A model generated the notes under the pieces. The model did not search any database and had not been told where the DNA came from. It saw only the letters and a program-made list of their open reading frames with translations. This document shows positions 60,318 to 64,000 of a stretch of 64,000 bases of DNA, piece after piece; positions within the stretch are counted from its first letter, which is position 1; every line of letters begins with the position of its first letter. A program made the position numbers and the translations under genes. The DNA is taken from contig JACKHP010000010.1 of NCBI GenBank assembly GCA_020638905.1, positions 37,449 to 101,448 on the forward strand. Reading direction: 5' to 3'. This DNA comes from Planctomycetota bacterium. Lineage in GTDB: Bacteria > Planctomycetota > B15-G4.

Positions 60318-61679
60318 TCACGCGGTGTCGCGCTCGACGAGCTCGGTGTCGCAGTCGAGCTCGAGCGCGAAGCGTCCGCGTCCCGTGGAGACCATGCGCA
60401 CGTCGGGGCAACGCTCGGCGAGCCGGTTGCGCAGCAGGATGAGCCGGCTCTCGAGGTTGTCCTTGAGTGCGGGCAGGCCGAGGGCGGGGTCGAGGCGCAG
60501 TTCACGGTTGGTGAACTCGGTGCGGCCCTCGCGCGCGTGCTGGCCGAGCAGCTTCCACAGGATGCGGCCGGGGACGTTGCGCACGAGGTACTCACCGTCG
60601 ACGAAGACGCAGTCGTCGTTGCGGTAGAAGACGAAGCGCCGGACGGGTCGGCTGCTCGCGACGACGAGCGGCGTCTCCTCCGCGCCTCCCAGGCGATCGA
60701 TGCCCTGGGCGATCTGGTTCGCGACGATCTGCAGGTAGGCCTCGTCCCACTCGTCGAAGCAGAACGGGTCGGGACTCTCGACCGCGAGCACGCCGACGAG
60801 GCGGCACCCGACGAGGAGCGGCAGGCCGAGCTGGGCCTGCGCGTCGGGCAGTCCCGGCAGCGGCAGCTCCGGCGGGAGGTCTTGCGAGCCGTCGCGCCGC
60901 GCCAACGACTCGCGGACCGCGCGACCGTAGCGCAGCTCGGCGCCGACGCCCGCGACGCGCAGCATGCGACGCCTGGCGGCGACCGTCCCGATCAGGCCTT
61001 CACCGACCTTGACCGCGAGGCCGGCGGTGCGGCCCTCGTAGCCGCGGCTGGCGAGGGTGACGAGACGGCTCTCGTCGCGTGGATCGACCGCGAGCACCAT
61101 CGCGTGGGAGAAGCCGAACAGCTCGTCGAGCGCGGTGAGCGAACCCGACAGCATCTCGTCGAGGTCGCCCGCACGCGTGATGCGATCGCTCACGACCTGC
61201 AGGCCGCGCAGCTCGGTGAGCGGACCGCCTCCGACCGTCGCGGAGGACAGCGCGTCGAGCGCGAGGTCGGGCGGCGTCAGGTAGCCCGCGACCTCCTCGA
61301 GCGAGACGACCTCGTAGACGTCGGCCGAGATGAGCTTGAACACCCCCGTCATGCCCGTGTGCGATGCGATCACGTCGATGCGCGCCGACATCGTCTCGAA
61401 CAGCGGGCCCGTCGTCTCGGAGCGCTCGAAGCGCGCGCACAGGTGATACGCCCGGAAGTCGATCGGGTCGTAGAGGACGATCGTGACCACCGGGTTCTGC
61501 GCGACGTTGCGCACCGTCTTGTTGAAGAACTGGCGCGAGAGCGCGACGTGGCCTGCGTCGACGTAGTAGACGTGCGAGAGATACGTGATGTTCGGCTCGC
61601 CGTCCTTGCTGACGGTGGCGATCACCGACGGGGCGATGCCCTGGAAGCAGGACTGCAGGTCCGCGAGGCGCGCGGTCAT
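60318..61679 (-). CDS. PNPOx-like (FMN-binding split barrel) N-terminal domain fused to GAF domain and C-terminal uncharacterised domain
   Basis: N-terminal IATVSKDGEPNITYLSHVYYVD... resembles pyridoxamine 5'-phosphate oxidase-like fold; central GAF-like segment (LDELFGFSHAMVLAVDPRDESRLVTLASRGYEG...LIGTVAARRRMLRV). Confidence 0.55.
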   Translation of the reverse strand: MTARLADLQSCFQGIAPSVIATVSKDGEPNITYLSHVYYVDAGHVALSRQFFNKTVRNVAQNPVVTIVLYDPIDFRAYHLCARFERSETTGPLFETMSARIDVIASHTGMTGVFKLISADVYEVVSLEEVAGYLTPPDLALDALSSATVGGGPLTELRGLQVVSDRITRAGDLDEMLSGSLTALDELFGFSHAMVLAVDPRDESRLVTLASRGYEGRTAGLAVKVGEGLIGTVAARRRMLRVAGVGAELRYGRAVRESLARRDGSQDLPPELPLPGLPDAQAQLGLPLLVGCRLVGVLAVESPDPFCFDEWDEAYLQIVANQIAQGIDRLGGAEETPLVVASSRPVRRFVFYRNDDCVFVDGEYLVRNVPGRILWKLLGQHAREGRTEFTNRELRLDPALGLPALKDNLESRLILLRNRLAERCPDVRMVSTGRGRFALELDCDTELVERDTA

Positions 61680-62158
61680 GCGTCGACCCCCTGGCCCAGC
61701 GCTTCACCCGCGCCCGGACCGGGAGTCTGGACCCAGATCGTCTCGATCTCGACGCGCACCGCGTGGCACGGCCAGCTCGAGATGCGGTAGCTGAGGCGCG
61801 GAGGCATCCCCACGAAGGCCAGGTTCTGCGCGAGCTCGCCGCGATAGCGGTCGACGACGGCGCGGTCCTCGTCGCGGGCCGCCGCGACGCTTCGCGCGCG
61901 TCCCTTGAGCTGGATCGTGCGGTTGTCGGCGATGCGCGAGAAGCAGATCGCGATGCGCCCGTTGTCTTCGAGGTTCGCGAGGGTGCGTGTTCCGGTCGCG
62001 GCGGGGACGAACACGACGACGTGCCCGCGGTCGGGTTCGACGCGCGCCCCGACGCCGCGCACCGCCTCGGGAACGAGCGATGCGTCGCGGGTCCCGATCT
62101 GCACCGAGACCCCCGACTGCACGAAGTCGACGAGTTCCGCCGAGAGGCTCCTGGTCAT
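61676..62158 (-). CDS. pyridoxamine 5'-phosphate oxidase-like FMN-binding protein
   Basis: 160 aa; ELVDFVQSGVSVQIGTRDASLVPEAVRGVGARVE...IQLKGRAR split-barrel pattern; ATGA overlap with downstream PNPOx-GAF gene. Confidence 0.6.
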   Translation of the reverse strand: MTRSLSAELVDFVQSGVSVQIGTRDASLVPEAVRGVGARVEPDRGHVVVFVPAATGTRTLANLEDNGRIAICFSRIADNRTIQLKGRARSVAAARDEDRAVVDRYRGELAQNLAFVGMPPRLSYRISSWPCHAVRVEIETIWVQTPGPGAGEALGQGVDA

Positions 62159-62283
62159 CGCGGCCAGAGTCTAGCAGCCCGCCGACGGTCTCCTCGACGT
62201 CGACGGAGCCCTCGGGACGCGGGCCCGCGCGAGCGCCGGGGCCCCGCGCGGCGCTCGCACCGCGCGGGCGCCGCGGGTCCCGC

Positions 62284-62853
62284 TCAGCCGCGCGGCGGCA
62301 GTGGCTCCGGCACGCGGTTCGAGACGGCCGGCTGCGACTTCAGGTACGCGAAGATCGCCCGCAGATCGTCGTCGGTGAGCCTGCCGATCCCCGGCCAGGG
62401 CATCGGCGGGAGGATCGGGCGACCCATCCCGAGGTGCTTGCCGGTCCGCAGCGAGGCGAGGAAGGTGTCCTCGCTCCAGCTCCCGATGCCGGTCTCGACG
62501 TCCGGCGTCAGGTTCGAGGTGAAGCTCACACCCCAAGGACCGGCCCAGGCGGTGTTCGTCGCCGCGGCCGAGACGAGCCACGGACCCTCGGGCAGCTCCG
62601 GCGCGGGCGGCATCACGAGCTCGGCCGGATGACCCGACAGCCCGCGCGACGCGTCCGGCTCGGGACCGTTCGGGCCGACGTGCCAGGGCGTGTGACAGTC
62701 GGCGCAGCCCAACGCCACGGTGAGGTAGCGGCCGCGCTCGACCGACGCCGGTGCGAAGGTCGCGCCCGCACTGGCCTTCTCGCACGCCGGCAGGGACGAC
62801 GCGGCGACGAGCACCGCGGCGAGGGACAGGCTGGTGATCAGGGACTTCGACAT
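62284..62853 (-). CDS. c-type cytochrome lipoprotein (single CxxCH)
   Basis: Lipobox SLPAC; heme motif CADCH; cytochrome c-like ...IFAYLKSQ motif. Confidence 0.65.
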   Translation of the reverse strand: MSKSLITSLSLAAVLVAASSLPACEKASAGATFAPASVERGRYLTVALGCADCHTPWHVGPNGPEPDASRGLSGHPAELVMPPAPELPEGPWLVSAAATNTAWAGPWGVSFTSNLTPDVETGIGSWSEDTFLASLRTGKHLGMGRPILPPMPWPGIGRLTDDDLRAIFAYLKSQPAVSNRVPEPLPPRG

Positions 62854-62869
62854 GGGACTTCCTCCGGAA

Positions 62870-63928
62870 TCAGGGGGTCGGCTCGAGGTCTTCTCGAATC
62901 CAGGTTTCGATGAGGTGCAGGGCGTCGACGTCGACGAGGTGCGTGCCCAGCGGCGGCATCTGCCGCAGCGGGTCGCGCGTCGCCATGCGCTCGACGAGGG
63001 TGCTGAGTTCGGGTGCGCCGGGCTCGATGCGCGCCTCGCACGACGGCGCGCCGGGCGGCCGGAAGCGGCTGGGACGGCCGACGGTCGTCACGAGCGCACG
63101 CGGCGGGTGATCGCCGTCCCGGTCGCGCAGTTCGGCGCCGAGCGTGAGCCCGAGTCCGGCCAGCGGACCGTCGTCGCGATGGCACGAGCCGCAGTGCGTG
63201 TCGAGGTAGCCGAGCGCCGCGCGCTCGCGCGGCGTCCGTGCGGGGATGCGTGGCGGCCGCGCGAGGAGGTCGGCGGGGAGTCCGCGCACGAGACCACGGG
63301 CGACGAACGCCGCGAGGTCCTGCCCGGCCGGCACGCCGGCGTTCGCGTGCGGGGCGAGCGGGTCGCGCTCGGCCGAGAGCTGCAGCGCGTCGAAGCCGAG
63401 CACGCCGTCGCCGCGCGAGTGGCACGTCGCGCAGTCGGCGCGCCCCGGGACGTCGTAGGGCACGCCCGGAGCGACCTCGGCGAGGTGTGCGACGCCGCCG
63501 GCCGGAGCCAGGACGGCGTCGCCCCCGTCGTCGCTCCAGACGTACGACGCGCGCAGCCACGAGCCGTCCGCGCGCTTCTCCATGTACCGCGTCTCGAGGC
63601 GCCGCCCGAGCGCGAACTCCTTCCAGAGCCTGGTGCCGGCGGGGAAGACCCACGCCTCGGGATCGGTCGCGTCGATCGCGCTCCCGGCGGGCACGTGGAT
63701 CCAGCGCCGCTTCGTCGCACCGTCGGTCCAGAGCGGGTACTGCGGGTCGTACGGCCAGACGTCCGGCGCGACGTCGCGCAGCGTGGCGTCGGCGTACAGG
63801 CCGGTATCGGCGAGGTGCGCAGGCAGCTCGTCCGGCGCGGGCGCGGGCGGCGCCGCGTCAGGCGCGCACGACGCGAGCGCGAGTGCTGCGAGCGCGAGAC
63901 CCCGGAGGGACGGTCGACACGCCTTCAT
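62870..63928 (-). CDS. di-heme c-type cytochrome-like lipoprotein, hypothetical
   Basis: Lipobox LALASC; two CxxCH motifs (CATCHS, CGSCHR); 17 nt upstream of the monoheme cytochrome gene on same strand. Confidence 0.55.
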   Translation of the reverse strand: MKACRPSLRGLALAALALASCAPDAAPPAPAPDELPAHLADTGLYADATLRDVAPDVWPYDPQYPLWTDGATKRRWIHVPAGSAIDATDPEAWVFPAGTRLWKEFALGRRLETRYMEKRADGSWLRASYVWSDDGGDAVLAPAGGVAHLAEVAPGVPYDVPGRADCATCHSRGDGVLGFDALQLSAERDPLAPHANAGVPAGQDLAAFVARGLVRGLPADLLARPPRIPARTPRERAALGYLDTHCGSCHRDDGPLAGLGLTLGAELRDRDGDHPPRALVTTVGRPSRFRPPGAPSCEARIEPGAPELSTLVERMATRDPLRQMPPLGTHLVDVDALHLIETWIREDLEPTP

Positions 63929-64000
63929 CGCACGGCGTCCGCGAGCGATGCGCTCCAGCGCCGCTCGCCCAGCTCGACGCGCGCAGCGGCGGTCACCGCC
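63925..64000 (-). CDS. 3' end of an upstream minus-strand gene (partial, runs off window)
   Basis: ATGA overlap at 63925-63928 implies an upstream reading frame whose stop overlaps the start of 62870..63928; too short to classify. Confidence 0.25.
   Translation of the reverse strand, partial: AVTAAARVELGERRWSASLADAVR

Noticed and set aside
57167-61790. 863-aa minus-strand (57167..59758) and 649-aa plus-strand (59841..61790) long ORFs
   Set aside because: They overlap gcdH and the PNPOx-GAF gene respectively in antisense, and show no protein-like composition.

Overview
Very GC-rich window (about 70% or more by eye, strong GC3 bias); annotation is from reading the six-frame translations, so the many long Arg/Pro/Gly-rich antisense ORFs are treated as artefacts. 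Gene content (ECF sigma/anti-sigma modules, McsA-McsB-ClpC, DUF1573, FG-GAP and Kelch secreted proteins) suggests a high-GC Gram-negative genome, possibly Myxococcota-like, but taxonomy cannot be settled from sequence alone. Housekeeping core: fmt (3' part), rsmB, dapF, gyrA, ribBA, carB, two tRNA-Ser genes, murD, clpC, metG and a glutaryl-CoA dehydrogenase-like gene. Accessory content: three ECF sigma/anti-sigma modules (one with a ZAS HxxxCxxC anti-sigma, one with a recognisable ECF-type promoter); an atypical sigma-like protein; an orphan PilM/GspL-like plus PilO-like pair; a same-strand module of 7TM sensor kinase, REC-HDOD, REC, DUF1573 protein, Met/His-motif lipoprotein and a di-heme cytochrome c peroxidase with a C-terminal LRR-like repeat domain; a run of secreted S41 peptidase, FG-GAP and Kelch beta-propeller proteins; and a minus-strand operon of two c-type cytochrome lipoproteins with a PNPOx-like protein and a PNPOx-GAF fusion. 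No CRISPR array, transposase, integrase or known defence system was recognised. The best candidates for an undescribed system are the peroxidase/lipoprotein/DUF1573 signalling module (26061..34764) and the cytochrome-PNPOx-GAF operon (60318..63928).
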